A stretch of 55,597 nucleotides of DNA from an uncultured Oscillospiraceae bacterium (GTDB lineage Bacteria; Bacillota; Clostridia; Christensenellales; CAG-314). Position 1 is the first letter of the stretch; every line of letters begins with the position of its first letter. The stretch covers positions 1 through 55,597 of the forward strand of contig CAZDLE010000003.1 in the NCBI GenBank assembly GCA_964506035.1, given 5' to 3'. Under the pieces are notes generated by a model. That model made no database searches. It had not been told where the DNA came from and saw only the letters and a program-made list of their open reading frames with translations. Positions 1-9,864 of the stretch are shown in pieces. The position numbers and the translations under genes are program-made.

Positions 1-2
1 TT

Positions 3-1730
3 AAGGGGATTGACGAGTCTATGGACGTAATGGTGTTCGACACTGTTAATCTTACTCCTGCCGACGACGTTCGTTGTACGGGTGGTAACGGATTGCTAAC
101 ACGTTCTCTTACCGTCTACTCCCCCACAAACGAAGTGGTGCAACTAATTGATAACGCTTTTGTTCCAACTGTTATCGGCGTTTACCGTGCAGAGTACAGA
201 GCAACCGACTTTTTCGGAAAGGAAGGCGTAGCGGTTATCAATATCAATGTTGGTGCAACCGATCAACCGATATTCGTAGGAAAGATCAGTTTGCCGGACG
301 TTTTGATTAATGGTTTCACCTACAACTTCCCCGCTGTTTCTGCTAAAAAGGTTGTAGATGGTGCAGTAGTTGATGCTCCCGTTAAGTACTATGTCGACGA
401 AAAAGAAGTTACCAACGGAAAGTTTACAGTTGATGCAACGGGCATAGTTCGTGTTGAATGTCGCACCGATGGCAAAGATGGCACACCTGTTGTTACCTAC
501 AAAGACGTGTACGTTGTTGATGGTAACAAAGGTTTAGATCAACAAAACTATTTCTACAGCGCAGATGGCAGTGTAATTTCCACTTTGGAAAAGGACTACG
601 TTGCACTTAACGTCAGCACAGACGGAACAACTTCTTTTGCCAATAAAATAAGCAACGGACAGTTTAAGGCAAGTTTTAGTTACATTCCTACGCAAATTGG
701 TTTCTCTTCCATCGACGTTATCGTTAGTTCGGCAAACGATACAAGCAAATCGGTAACCTTCAACGTAACTTTCTCGTCGATGGGACTTACGGTTTCCACA
801 AAAGATTTGTCTTCCGTAAATTTCCCGCTCAAAAGTGACTCAACCAACAACTATTTTGCCATTGGTTATACCGATGCAACTCGCACCTTTACCGACGTTA
901 ACGACAAGGCAATGTGCGTGCTAAAAACCTACGACGACGGAACGGAATTTAACGGTTTCGACGGCGGAATTTATCTGGGCATCAAGTTTAACTCCGTCAA
1001 AAAGGCAAGCCAGCTGTTTGTTACGGCAATCAATAACCAATCATTCGGCTACAAATATTCCCCCGACGATCCTGCAGGAGATATAAACGGACCGCAAATT
1101 ATCATCAACGGTACCTACAATCGTCGTCAAGACCTTGGTTCAACATTGACTTTGTACACAGCTGACGCTTTCGACGTTCTCAATCAAGTGTCAACGTTTA
1201 CTCTTTCCGTTTACGATCCGGATAACGTTGCAGTTTTATCTAATGTTTCTCCCGACAAATTGTACAGCATTCAACTAAACAAAATCGGTCGTTATCGCAT
1301 TGTGTATTCCGCAAAAGACACTTCCGGAAACAACAAGGTTACAAATGCAGGTACAACACTTACCGTTGTGGATATCATCCAACCGGAGTTGGAAGTAAAT
1401 TCCAAGATAAAAGAGTTGTATGCAGTGGGATCTAAAATCAAATTGCCCAAGTTTACAGTATCGGATAACACCGAAAACGTTTATTGCGACGTGTACTTGT
1501 TGCTTCCCAACAACGAAACTCGTCTGCTTTTGAGTTACGTCAACGGCGAAACGACCTCATATCTTGTCCCAAGCGATCCTAGTTACCCATCTTCATTCAA
1601 GGCAGGCGAAACAAGTTTCTACGTAGAAACTGTCGGAAAGTACGTTCTTACCTACCTTGCATACGACGATAGTTTCAACTACGTGCGTCACACAATTGAG
1701 TTTACCGTTGTGGAGAAGGAGTCTAAATGA
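3..1730 (+). CDS. Cell-surface protein with tandem Ig-like beta-sandwich repeats (DUF5011/HYR-like), probably truncated at the 5' window edge
   Basis: The frame is open back to nt 3. There is no signal peptide after the Met at 21, although all neighbours are secreted. An AAGGGG at 3-8 could still make ATG 21 a true start. Recurrent strand motifs occur (GVYRAEYRATDFFG, GRYRIVYSAKDTSGNN, GKYVLTYLAYDDSFNY). The stop overlaps the next start (ATGA at 1727-1730). Confidence 0.55.
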   Translation, partial: KGIDESMDVMVFDTVNLTPADDVRCTGGNGLLTRSLTVYSPTNEVVQLIDNAFVPTVIGVYRAEYRATDFFGKEGVAVININVGATDQPIFVGKISLPDVLINGFTYNFPAVSAKKVVDGAVVDAPVKYYVDEKEVTNGKFTVDATGIVRVECRTDGKDGTPVVTYKDVYVVDGNKGLDQQNYFYSADGSVISTLEKDYVALNVSTDGTTSFANKISNGQFKASFSYIPTQIGFSSIDVIVSSANDTSKSVTFNVTFSSMGLTVSTKDLSSVNFPLKSDSTNNYFAIGYTDATRTFTDVNDKAMCVLKTYDDGTEFNGFDGGIYLGIKFNSVKKASQLFVTAINNQSFGYKYSPDDPAGDINGPQIIINGTYNRRQDLGSTLTLYTADAFDVLNQVSTFTLSVYDPDNVAVLSNVSPDKLYSIQLNKIGRYRIVYSAKDTSGNNKVTNAGTTLTVVDIIQPELEVNSKIKELYAVGSKIKLPKFTVSDNTENVYCDVYLLLPNNETRLLLSYVNGETTSYLVPSDPSYPSSFKAGETSFYVETVGKYVLTYLAYDDSFNYVRHTIEFTVVEKESK

Positions 1731-3682
1731 AAAAAATAATTAGTATGGTTCTTGCCGTATTGCTTATTGTCACTTGCATGTTTGCACTTGCTTCCTGCAA
1801 GGACAAGTTGGTAATACCAAGCGAGATTCAAAGAGAAAAAACTAAATATCTTCTTGTTGCTGAAGGCGTAAGCGAATATTTCATTTTGCTTGCCGACGAT
1901 GCCGCAGTAAAGGAAGCAGATGCAGCCGAAGAGTTGCAAAGTGTACTAAAATCTGCAACGGGCGCAACCCTTCCCATCGTGTACGAAAGCAACGCAAAGC
2001 TCAATAATAAAACCTCCGTCATCAGCATTGGCGACACCAATTTTGCCGAAAGTCGTGGTGTAAAAACCGATGGCAATCTTGGCAGAAGTGGTTACGTTAT
2101 CAAAAATATTGATAACCAACTGTTTATCAAGGCTGACGGCGACAAGCGCGGTTGTTTGTATGCAGTGTACGATTTTTTGTATGACGCAGTAGGCTACAGA
2201 TACTACTACATTGACGAAATACAATACAACACAATGGCAAACGTTCCGTTGTACGCCTACGACGATACGGAAATCCCCACCTTCGATTTCCGTTCCACTT
2301 GGTACCAAATTCTAACGGAAAACGAAGATTACCGCACGCATTTGCGTTACAGCTTGTTCGACGAAGAATACGGTTGGAAAGCACATACTCAAACGGATCG
2401 TGTTGTCAAATTCGATAACTTCAAAAACCATGCCTATGGTGCAGTTAAAACCGATCCCGAAACGGGCGAAACGTTGTTGGACGAAAATGGACAACCAATC
2501 CCCGATCACTGGTTCTCAAACAATGCTAACACGCAATTGTGCTGGACTGCCGGCTACGATTTGGAACTGCAAGCTGCAACCGACTTGTACATCAATATTA
2601 CCGGTAGCAGTGCAGAAAAAATCTACTTCTCCTTGGGACAAGCCGATGGTAGCAACTTCTGCACCTGCCCACGTTGCGAACAAGCCAAAAAGGATTGGGG
2701 CATGAACGATGCCGGTTTGCAAATCAACTTTGCAAACAATGTTGTAGATATCATCCAAGAGTGGGTTGCACGCGACTATCCCGAAGGTAAGGATGTTCGT
2801 ATTGTTTTGTTTGCTTACAAAGCAACGGAAACTCCTCCAATGGTCAGCGATGGTAACGGCGGTTGGGTTCCATATAGCGACAAAGTTATTCCTCACGAAA
2901 AACTCTATTTCGAAATGGCTCCCATCAACTCCGACTACTCCGTTCCTTTGGAAGACGTTGCCAATGCCGAAGTATACAGCAACTTAACAAAATGGCACGC
3001 TTTACTCAAGGACAACGAACGTATGTCTATTTGGACTTACGAAACAAACTACAGCTACTTCCTGTATCCTTTCAACAACTTCGATACCTTCCAAGTGCAA
3101 ATGAAAACTTACAGCCAAAACGGCATCACAAACATGTTTAGCCAAGGTCCTGCTTACACCAACCAACCCGGCTTCCAAGAAATGCGTTTGTGGGTACAAT
3201 CCCAAATCATGTGGGACGTTGACCGTAGTTATTCCGACTTGGCTTACGAGTTTATCGATGCTTACTACAAAGATGCTTCCGCCGAAATTCGCGAGTACTA
3301 CGATCTTATTCGCGCTTTGTACGAAAAAGCAACGTTAAAAGGCAACAGTTTTGCATCTATCTATGCAGATATCTCCACCAAAGACGTTTGGACGGAAGGC
3401 GTAGTAGATGGTTTCAGCAAATTGTTTCAACGTGCTTATGCAAAAATCGAGCACTACAAAACGGAAGATGCTCAAATGTGGCAAAAACTCTACGATAGAC
3501 TAAAAGCTTTGGAAGTAACCATCACCTACACAAAACTTAACTACTATCGCAGCAACTACACTCAAGCGGAACTTAACGTTCTAATTGACGAACTCAACTA
3601 CTATTGCTCCAAAAACGGCTATAACTACATTGCCGAAATGGGCGCAAATCCTGTAGGCTTGTTTGATGCCTACAAACAATAA
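1727..3682 (+). CDS. Lipoprotein, DUF4838-like putative glycan-active protein
   Basis: The N-terminus MKKIISMVLAVLLIVTCMFALASC carries a lipobox. A Cys cluster CTCPRCEQAKKDWG is present. Length and motifs (YRYYYIDE, QLCWT) recall the DUF4838 family, recalled from memory only. It is translationally coupled to the upstream gene. Confidence 0.5.
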   Translation: MKKIISMVLAVLLIVTCMFALASCKDKLVIPSEIQREKTKYLLVAEGVSEYFILLADDAAVKEADAAEELQSVLKSATGATLPIVYESNAKLNNKTSVISIGDTNFAESRGVKTDGNLGRSGYVIKNIDNQLFIKADGDKRGCLYAVYDFLYDAVGYRYYYIDEIQYNTMANVPLYAYDDTEIPTFDFRSTWYQILTENEDYRTHLRYSLFDEEYGWKAHTQTDRVVKFDNFKNHAYGAVKTDPETGETLLDENGQPIPDHWFSNNANTQLCWTAGYDLELQAATDLYINITGSSAEKIYFSLGQADGSNFCTCPRCEQAKKDWGMNDAGLQINFANNVVDIIQEWVARDYPEGKDVRIVLFAYKATETPPMVSDGNGGWVPYSDKVIPHEKLYFEMAPINSDYSVPLEDVANAEVYSNLTKWHALLKDNERMSIWTYETNYSYFLYPFNNFDTFQVQMKTYSQNGITNMFSQGPAYTNQPGFQEMRLWVQSQIMWDVDRSYSDLAYEFIDAYYKDASAEIREYYDLIRALYEKATLKGNSFASIYADISTKDVWTEGVVDGFSKLFQRAYAKIEHYKTEDAQMWQKLYDRLKALEVTITYTKLNYYRSNYTQAELNVLIDELNYYCSKNGYNYIAEMGANPVGLFDAYKQ

Positions 3683-3697
3683 AGGGGGTAACGCAAT

Positions 3698-5215
3698 ATG
3701 GTATCAACAAAAAAAGTTCTACTTGTAATAATGCTCGTTGCCCTGTTGGCAGTAAGTCTGGTTGTTGCAACATCCTGCAAACCGGACGAAGAACCCGAAC
3801 CTTTGTCGGCGCTAAAATTTAGCCCAAACAGTATTCAACTTTATGCAGGCAATTCGGCAATAGCTCAACTTCAAGGGCTTGCCGATGGCGAAAAAGTCGT
3901 TAGTTGGATTTCCAACGATACCGACGTGGCAACCGTGTCCGATGCGGGCGAAATCACTGCCGTTGGCGTGGGCTCTACCACGGTAAAAGCAACAACCAAT
4001 AACGACCGTTTTGCATTGGTCAGCATTTCCGTAAAGGACAACAACAATCAGCTTATTCCTGCAATCACCTTCAACTCCACCTCGCTAACGCTGCCTGTGT
4101 ACGATCAATTTCAACTGCAACCCCAACTTACCTTTGATGGTGTAGCAGTTGATGGTACGTTCACATGGCAATCCACAAATACCGATGTTGCAACCGTCAC
4201 AAATGGCAGTATCAACGCAGTGGGCGTAGGTAGTGCAACAATTTTGTGCCAAGCAACGTACAACGGACAATCGGTAACGTCAAAAGTGTACGTTTCCGTT
4301 GCGGAAAGTGGCTACTATTTCTGTGCAGACTACCAAAACAAACAAATTTGGCAGGGCGACACGTTCGAGCTTACCCTTTCCCAAACCATTGGCGACCAAA
4401 CCACGCAAATCGAAAATGTTACTTTCAAAAGTGAAACGGTACGTGTTGCGGATGTCGTCAACGGAAACACGTTTAAGGCAATTTCCGGCGGCGATGCCAC
4501 AATCACTGCAACGTTTGAGCACAACGGCGTTACTTACGAATGTAAAACAGTCGTGCACGTCTATGGCGAATACAGTGTAAGCGTCTATGCATTAGGAAAG
4601 CGTGATCATACCATCCGTGGCGTTATGTACGGCGAAAAAGTCACGTTAGAACTAAACAAACCCGTCAAAAACCGTGCAATCAAATGCTGGTACGTCGATG
4701 GCGAACGCATCGAAGGTAATTCCTTTACCATGTTAGATAAGAATGTGGATGTAACCGCCAAATACGTAAACGAAACGGAAGGCGACTTTACAAAATATCT
4801 AACAGAAGGCAATCTTCTTAAAAATCCAGCCGAAGCAACCTTCAACAAAGAAGTAAAAAAGGATAAAAACGGCGAAACTAACACCGATGGCAACTACGTT
4901 ACTCTTACCAACGCAGTAGATGGCGGATCTTCCGTGCAACTCAACTTGGACGAAGGTATCGTAATAACCGAAGATGCTTACTTCACAATGTGTATCTATG
5001 TTCCCGCTATCACAAAATTGTACCTTGGCACAGGAAACACGGTTCGACGCACCTATGGTGCAACAGATGCTGACTTCAGTATCGATACCGGTTGTTGGAC
5101 GGAAATCCAAGTTCCACTAACCGTTTTTGGCGCTGTCGATTCGTTGTTAAACAACATTTCAATCGGTCTAACGGGCAGTTACGTGTATATCGACTACGTA
5201 ATGTTTGTGTACTAA
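3698..5215 (+). CDS. Lipoprotein with Big_2-type Ig domains, one Flg_new-like repeat and a C-terminal beta-sandwich
   Basis: The RBS is AAGGGGG, 9 nt upstream. The lipobox is VVATSC. Big_2-like strings are present (DVATVSDAGEITAVGVGSTTVKAT, DVATVTNGSINAVGVGSATILCQAT). KCWYVDGERIEGNSFTMLDKNVDVTAKY resembles a Listeria-Bacteroides repeat. Confidence 0.6.
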   Translation: MVSTKKVLLVIMLVALLAVSLVVATSCKPDEEPEPLSALKFSPNSIQLYAGNSAIAQLQGLADGEKVVSWISNDTDVATVSDAGEITAVGVGSTTVKATTNNDRFALVSISVKDNNNQLIPAITFNSTSLTLPVYDQFQLQPQLTFDGVAVDGTFTWQSTNTDVATVTNGSINAVGVGSATILCQATYNGQSVTSKVYVSVAESGYYFCADYQNKQIWQGDTFELTLSQTIGDQTTQIENVTFKSETVRVADVVNGNTFKAISGGDATITATFEHNGVTYECKTVVHVYGEYSVSVYALGKRDHTIRGVMYGEKVTLELNKPVKNRAIKCWYVDGERIEGNSFTMLDKNVDVTAKYVNETEGDFTKYLTEGNLLKNPAEATFNKEVKKDKNGETNTDGNYVTLTNAVDGGSSVQLNLDEGIVITEDAYFTMCIYVPAITKLYLGTGNTVRRTYGATDADFSIDTGCWTEIQVPLTVFGAVDSLLNNISIGLTGSYVYIDYVMFVY

Positions 5216-5315
5216 TCACAAATTGCATCCGTCACGTTGCGGATGCCCAAACAAGGTTTTGCCCCACTTGTTGTATCGTGGGAAAATAATAAAACAAAAC
5301 ATAAGGAGGATCACT

Positions 5316-8300
5316 ATGAACACAAAAAAATTGTTGTTACTCGTTTTCACACTTTTGTGCGTGGCGTGTTTGGCATTTTCAGCATGCGTACAAACACCAA
5401 ACAGTAACACAATCAGCGGTCTAGCAGATATTTCAATCACTTGCGGAGATAATCTGCCTACGATCGATCCTGTTGCCGAATATGGCACAGTAACGGTAAC
5501 CATTGCAAAAGCAGTGGATGGTACCGAAAAGGAAAACCTTACCTACGAAGCACTTCCCACAAAGGCTCCCGAAGTAGGCGCCTACTACCTCAAAGCCACT
5601 GTCGAAGCTGGCGAAAACTACCAAGCTGCAACAGCTTACGCAAAGTTGACAGTTTCCCACAAATCTTTCCAAGATATCGCCGGTAACGGCACTCTCAAGG
5701 AAGAACCCACCACCGATGGCAAGTACAAAACTTGGGTAGAAAAGGAATGTCCTTGTGGAGAAATCATCAAAGGTAACGAACAAGTTAACGACAAAAAAGC
5801 TAACGTAATTAGCGGTCTCGAAGGTGATGAACTTGTTTGCGGTAGTGCAATCAACGTTAGTGACGTTACTGCAACCTATGGCACAGTTGTTGTAGAAATT
5901 GCACAAGCTGTCGAAGGCACCGAAAAGGAAAACCTTACCTACGCAGCAATTTCCGACACCTACAATCACGGTGTTTACTACATTCGTGCAACCGTTGCCG
6001 AAGGCGAAGACTATCTTGGTGCAACAGCTTACGCAAAAGTAACAGTTAATCACCAAGCCTTTGACGACATTGCAGGCGACGCTTTGCACCAAGCAGTAGT
6101 GGGTACAACCAAAGGTTACGACTACAAACTTTGCGCTTGCGAAGAACGCATCCACGGCGAAACCGAATACGTTAACGTAACAATCAAAGCCGATGGTACA
6201 GTTATCGATACTCAAGAACTTGCAATCGGTGCAAAAGTTGCATACCCCGAAACAAGCAAACTTCCCGCACGCACAAACTACACTGCTACGCTCCTTCTCA
6301 ACGGCAATGATTGGGATGCTGGCGAAACTGTTTCCGACTTTGCAACAATCGAACTTACCACACGTTGGCTGCACAAATCCACTACGGAAATCGCAAACGT
6401 TAACACAAACTGGTTGTTTATTGCAAACGACGAAAATGGTCTCACCGACGAAACAGTAAACAAACTCACAGAAGAAGATGGTTTGTGGAAAATCGAAACA
6501 CTTTTCAACCCCGAAAAACCTGTTTCTCCTGCCGAAGTTAACCTTGGCGATATCGTTCTCAAACTTAACCACACCTATGTGTTTACAATCACAGCAAGTC
6601 ATCGCACGCGCATTTGTTTTGCTCTTGATACTTGGGATACTAACAACTACCTTATCACCGAAGATATGGTAAATCAAAGTATCGTTGTAACAGTTAGCTA
6701 CACAGGTAGCAACACAATCGTAACTTTCAACGGCGAAGTTCGCACTTACACAAACGAACAATGGTCTACACACAACCTCAATGCTGTTTCTCTTGCAATC
6801 CAAGATAAGGACGCTGCATCGGAAACCGACCATCCACGTTACACAGTTTCCATCTCTAAGCAAGTTGACGATTTGTACGACTACGCTAGCGAAGATGCTC
6901 GTCTTGTTGCAAGCTTGCCCGAAGTTGCAGATATCAACGTTTCCAATGCAGAAGAAACAATGGAAGCAATCCAAGCAATCGAAGCACTTCGTACTGCACA
7001 CTTTACCGATGCACAACTTGCAAGTGCTACCAGCCTCGACGCTCACAAAGAGGCAGCTCAAGGTTGGATTGATAACCACACAGCAAACCTCAAAGTTTTG
7101 CAAGACGCTTTGCCCGCTTTCGACACAATGTGGACAGCCGACAAAGATACTCAAGACGCTGCATACAAAGCTCTTACCAAGTACCTTGCTTACTACAATG
7201 TTAAGTTCACAGCGGAAGAAAAGGCAGATTACACCGAACCACAAGAGATCTCCTTCTACCGTGAGTTCTTCAAAGATCGCACATTGGTAACAGACAAAGC
7301 TTTGGCAGAATCTACGTCTCCCTTCAGCGTTTGGAATGACAAACCTACAACCCACTGGAATCCTAACAATCAAAGCGGTACAATAACACTTCCGCAAATC
7401 GCTTATGGTGCATACGATCAAGTAACGTTTATACTTGTTTCTGCCGGTGGCGACACTCGTACCATTACCTATGGAGATTATGTTGTTACCAATAATTGGG
7501 GACAATTTATCATTACCAAACAAGCTGATGGTTGGTATGCAAATTTTGCTGTTCCTGACGCGCACACAGGTAATGGTGTTAAACTTTCCGACGAAATTGT
7601 TCTTGGTAACGAAGGTATCCAAGTTCAATTCCAAAATAGAGATTGGGGATGGCTTCGTATTCAATCTACCGGTGTTGATAGCTCTATCAACCAAATTTCC
7701 GGCACTCTCACCGCAGGTACAACCCCAGTTCATCAAGTATCTTACAGTTACACAACCAGTGCCGGCGATAAAACAGCAACACAGTACTATCTCAACAACG
7801 GAGCTTTAGTTCTTCCTAACGTTTCCGACTACACCGATAACGTAGGCAAGCACACGTTCTTGGGCTGGTTTGCAGGCGAAACGGAATACAAAGCAGGCGA
7901 TGCTATCACAGCAAGTGTTCAACTTGTTGCCAAGTACGAAATTCGTGAAGGCGACTACACCGAGTACACCGTATCTTACTTTGTAGACAACGCTGAATAC
8001 GAAACTACCCCCGAACAAACCTATCACTACAACGATAATCTTGTTCTTCCTGTAGACCCTGCTGCTCCTGCATATGACGAAAACGGCAAACACTACGAGT
8101 TCAAGGGTTGGTTTGATGGCGATAAAAAGTACACCAACGCCGACAAAGTAACCGACGATTTGGAACTTGTAGCAAAATTCGAATTGGTTGACGATATTCA
8201 ATACACAGTAACGCTAACCAACTTGGATGGTGCAAATCAACAAGTTTCTGTTAACTCCGGCACAGTTGCCGAACTTCCCACCGTTACCCGCACAGGCTAC

Positions 8301-9635
8301 GTGTTCGATGGTTGGTACAAAGCTGACGGTTCCAAGTACGATACCACAGCAGAAGTTACTGCCGACATCACTCTTGCAGCTAAATGGTTGCTTCCCGTAA
8401 CGGAAAAACAAACAATTATCACCGCAAGTGATCTTTCCACACAAGTAACAGGTACACTTAATGACGGTAGAAGTGCCGCATACGACAAGACAGATTCTTG
8501 GTGGGTAGATTCCGAAGGTACCAAATACGACAAATGGTTCCTTGTTGGTAACAACAAGCCTACAGAACAAGGCCACAATGGTATCAGAACATTTACTTTC
8601 CCACTTATCAACATGAGCAAGTACTCTCAACTTAACTTTATTATGTTGATGGACAATGCTAACATCGGTTCTGTTTCCACTCCCGACCCCACAACAGATG
8701 CACCTGATCGTTGGACAGACATCGGTTCCGCAATGAGCGAGGGTCAATGCATGAAAATTACTATCACAAAGACTGATGGTGTTTGGACTCTTGTATCTAC
8801 ATGGAACGATGGCAGCAAAGTTAGTGTAGTGCTTAACGAAGAAGTTGTAAATGGTACTAAACCACTCGAAATGAGACTTTGGACGAACGCTGAACAATGG
8901 TTGTATATGTCCGAAATTAAAGCATACGTAAGTACCAATGCCGATTATATCGCAAAAGCAACCGCAGCAGCCGGTGTAATTGATAAGCTTGCAGTTGATG
9001 CAGACGATGCAACCAAACTTGCAGCTCTCAAAACCTACATGACATGGCGCAGTCACTTTACCGCTTCCGAACTAACCGCTAACCCAATGAGCGCAAAGGC
9101 AATCGAACTTCAAACAGCTCTTAAAAAAGCAGGCGTTGTTGATGCAGTTTGGACTCCAACGGCTGATAACATCAGTGACATTGGTTTCCAAGGAACAAGC
9201 GACTATGTAGGTGTAACCACTATGGGACAAGATTGGATGAAGGATAAAGATTCTAATATTTTCCAAACAGCTTATAATCGCGACTGCCAAGGTGTGCAAG
9301 ATATGATTGTAACTTTGCCTGCAATTAACTTTGCAACATACTCTGACGTAAGATTCTGCTTGTGGGTTCAAAATACAGCCGGAACAACGCAAAGTCTCAC
9401 AATTAACGGAAAAACGGCTCCTATGGACACAGTTGCTTCTACGGTTTACGTTGTTTATATCAAAACTGTAAATAACGTTACAACATTTGAAGTTTGTTAC
9501 AATGGTGCAGACGTTGCAGTTGTTAGTGGAACAATTCCTGCTACTGTTGCTAACGGTCACGAGGCATTAAAGCTTACAATTAGTGTAGATGGTTGGACAC
9601 GAATTCAACTTTCCGAAATCTACGGTGCACTATAA
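5316..9635 (+). CDS. 1439-aa surface lipoprotein: duplicated MBG-like domains, helical linkers, lectin-like beta-sandwiches, three Flg_new repeats
   Basis: The start was moved to ATG 5316 behind the RBS AAGGAGG (5303-5309). The lipobox is AFSAC. Flg_new-type repeats are present (HTFLGWFAGETEYKAGDAITASVQLVAKYE, YEFKGWFDGDKKYTNADKVTDDLELVAKFE, GYVFDGWYKADGSKYDTTAEVTADITLAAKW). The ORF-track start at 5205 has no RBS and adds a non-signal leader. Confidence 0.65.
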   Translation: MNTKKLLLLVFTLLCVACLAFSACVQTPNSNTISGLADISITCGDNLPTIDPVAEYGTVTVTIAKAVDGTEKENLTYEALPTKAPEVGAYYLKATVEAGENYQAATAYAKLTVSHKSFQDIAGNGTLKEEPTTDGKYKTWVEKECPCGEIIKGNEQVNDKKANVISGLEGDELVCGSAINVSDVTATYGTVVVEIAQAVEGTEKENLTYAAISDTYNHGVYYIRATVAEGEDYLGATAYAKVTVNHQAFDDIAGDALHQAVVGTTKGYDYKLCACEERIHGETEYVNVTIKADGTVIDTQELAIGAKVAYPETSKLPARTNYTATLLLNGNDWDAGETVSDFATIELTTRWLHKSTTEIANVNTNWLFIANDENGLTDETVNKLTEEDGLWKIETLFNPEKPVSPAEVNLGDIVLKLNHTYVFTITASHRTRICFALDTWDTNNYLITEDMVNQSIVVTVSYTGSNTIVTFNGEVRTYTNEQWSTHNLNAVSLAIQDKDAASETDHPRYTVSISKQVDDLYDYASEDARLVASLPEVADINVSNAEETMEAIQAIEALRTAHFTDAQLASATSLDAHKEAAQGWIDNHTANLKVLQDALPAFDTMWTADKDTQDAAYKALTKYLAYYNVKFTAEEKADYTEPQEISFYREFFKDRTLVTDKALAESTSPFSVWNDKPTTHWNPNNQSGTITLPQIAYGAYDQVTFILVSAGGDTRTITYGDYVVTNNWGQFIITKQADGWYANFAVPDAHTGNGVKLSDEIVLGNEGIQVQFQNRDWGWLRIQSTGVDSSINQISGTLTAGTTPVHQVSYSYTTSAGDKTATQYYLNNGALVLPNVSDYTDNVGKHTFLGWFAGETEYKAGDAITASVQLVAKYEIREGDYTEYTVSYFVDNAEYETTPEQTYHYNDNLVLPVDPAAPAYDENGKHYEFKGWFDGDKKYTNADKVTDDLELVAKFELVDDIQYTVTLTNLDGANQQVSVNSGTVAELPTVTRTGYVFDGWYKADGSKYDTTAEVTADITLAAKWLLPVTEKQTIITASDLSTQVTGTLNDGRSAAYDKTDSWWVDSEGTKYDKWFLVGNNKPTEQGHNGIRTFTFPLINMSKYSQLNFIMLMDNANIGSVSTPDPTTDAPDRWTDIGSAMSEGQCMKITITKTDGVWTLVSTWNDGSKVSVVLNEEVVNGTKPLEMRLWTNAEQWLYMSEIKAYVSTNADYIAKATAAAGVIDKLAVDADDATKLAALKTYMTWRSHFTASELTANPMSAKAIELQTALKKAGVVDAVWTPTADNISDIGFQGTSDYVGVTTMGQDWMKDKDSNIFQTAYNRDCQGVQDMIVTLPAINFATYSDVRFCLWVQNTAGTTQSLTINGKTAPMDTVASTVYVVYIKTVNNVTTFEVCYNGADVAVVSGTIPATVANGHEALKLTISVDGWTRIQLSEIYGAL
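5401..6084 (+). repeat. Internal duplication (~290 nt units at 5401-5690 and 5797-6084, offset 396 nt) encoding MBG-like domains
   Basis: The peptide units run NSNTISGLADISITCGD...SHKSFQDIAGNG and KANVISGLEGDELVCGS...NHQAFDDIAGDA. A 28-nt core matches with one mismatch (ggtaccgaaaaggaaaaccttacctacg at 5520-5547 versus ggcaccgaaaaggaaaaccttacctacg at 5916-5943). Confidence 0.8.
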
Positions 9636-9657
9636 CATCAAAACTTTATTCAATCGA

Positions 9658-9717
9658 GGGACGGGATTTCCCGTCCCCCTTTGAAAAAGGGCAACACGCT
9701 TTGCCCCTTTTCAAAGG
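9658..9717 (+). terminator. Two tandem GC-rich hairpins downstream of the 1439-aa gene
   Basis: Hairpin 1 is GGGACGGGA/TCCCGTCCC (9658-9677). Hairpin 2 is an ~18-bp imperfect stem, CCCTTTGAAAAAGGGCAA...TTGCCCCTTTTCAAAGGG (9677-9717). The T-tracts are short, so assignment as an intrinsic terminator is tentative. Confidence 0.55.
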
Positions 9718-9864
9718 GAATCAACCAAATTAGTTTTGCAAAGGGCACATTGTATCGGCAAGTCTTGTTTGCGTGCATTCCGCCCAACTGTACAACAATC
9801 ACGCATTTTTCCACACTATGCACAACTTTTGCAACCTATCAATTTTTCTAAAAGGAGTTCTTCG

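Noticed and set aside
5205-5315. N-terminal extension of the 1439-aa gene proposed by the ORF track, and analogous extensions elsewhere
   Set aside because: The analogous extensions are at 9736, 24610, 35621, 43506, 44844, 52247 and 53046. In each case a downstream ATG or GTG has a proper Shine-Dalgarno site at 6-10 nt and yields a canonical N-terminus (a signal peptide/lipobox, the LacI helix-turn-helix, or the GH3 start). The 35690 lacI start is the exception: its GGAGA is 15 nt upstream, and the call rests on the canonical helix-turn-helix N-terminus. The extensions add non-functional-looking residues or overlap the upstream gene.
5433-7736. A 767-aa minus-strand ORF
   Set aside because: It is the same mirror-frame artefact, opposite 5316-9635. 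The product is a Cys/Val/Phe-rich nonsense-like sequence with no RBS.
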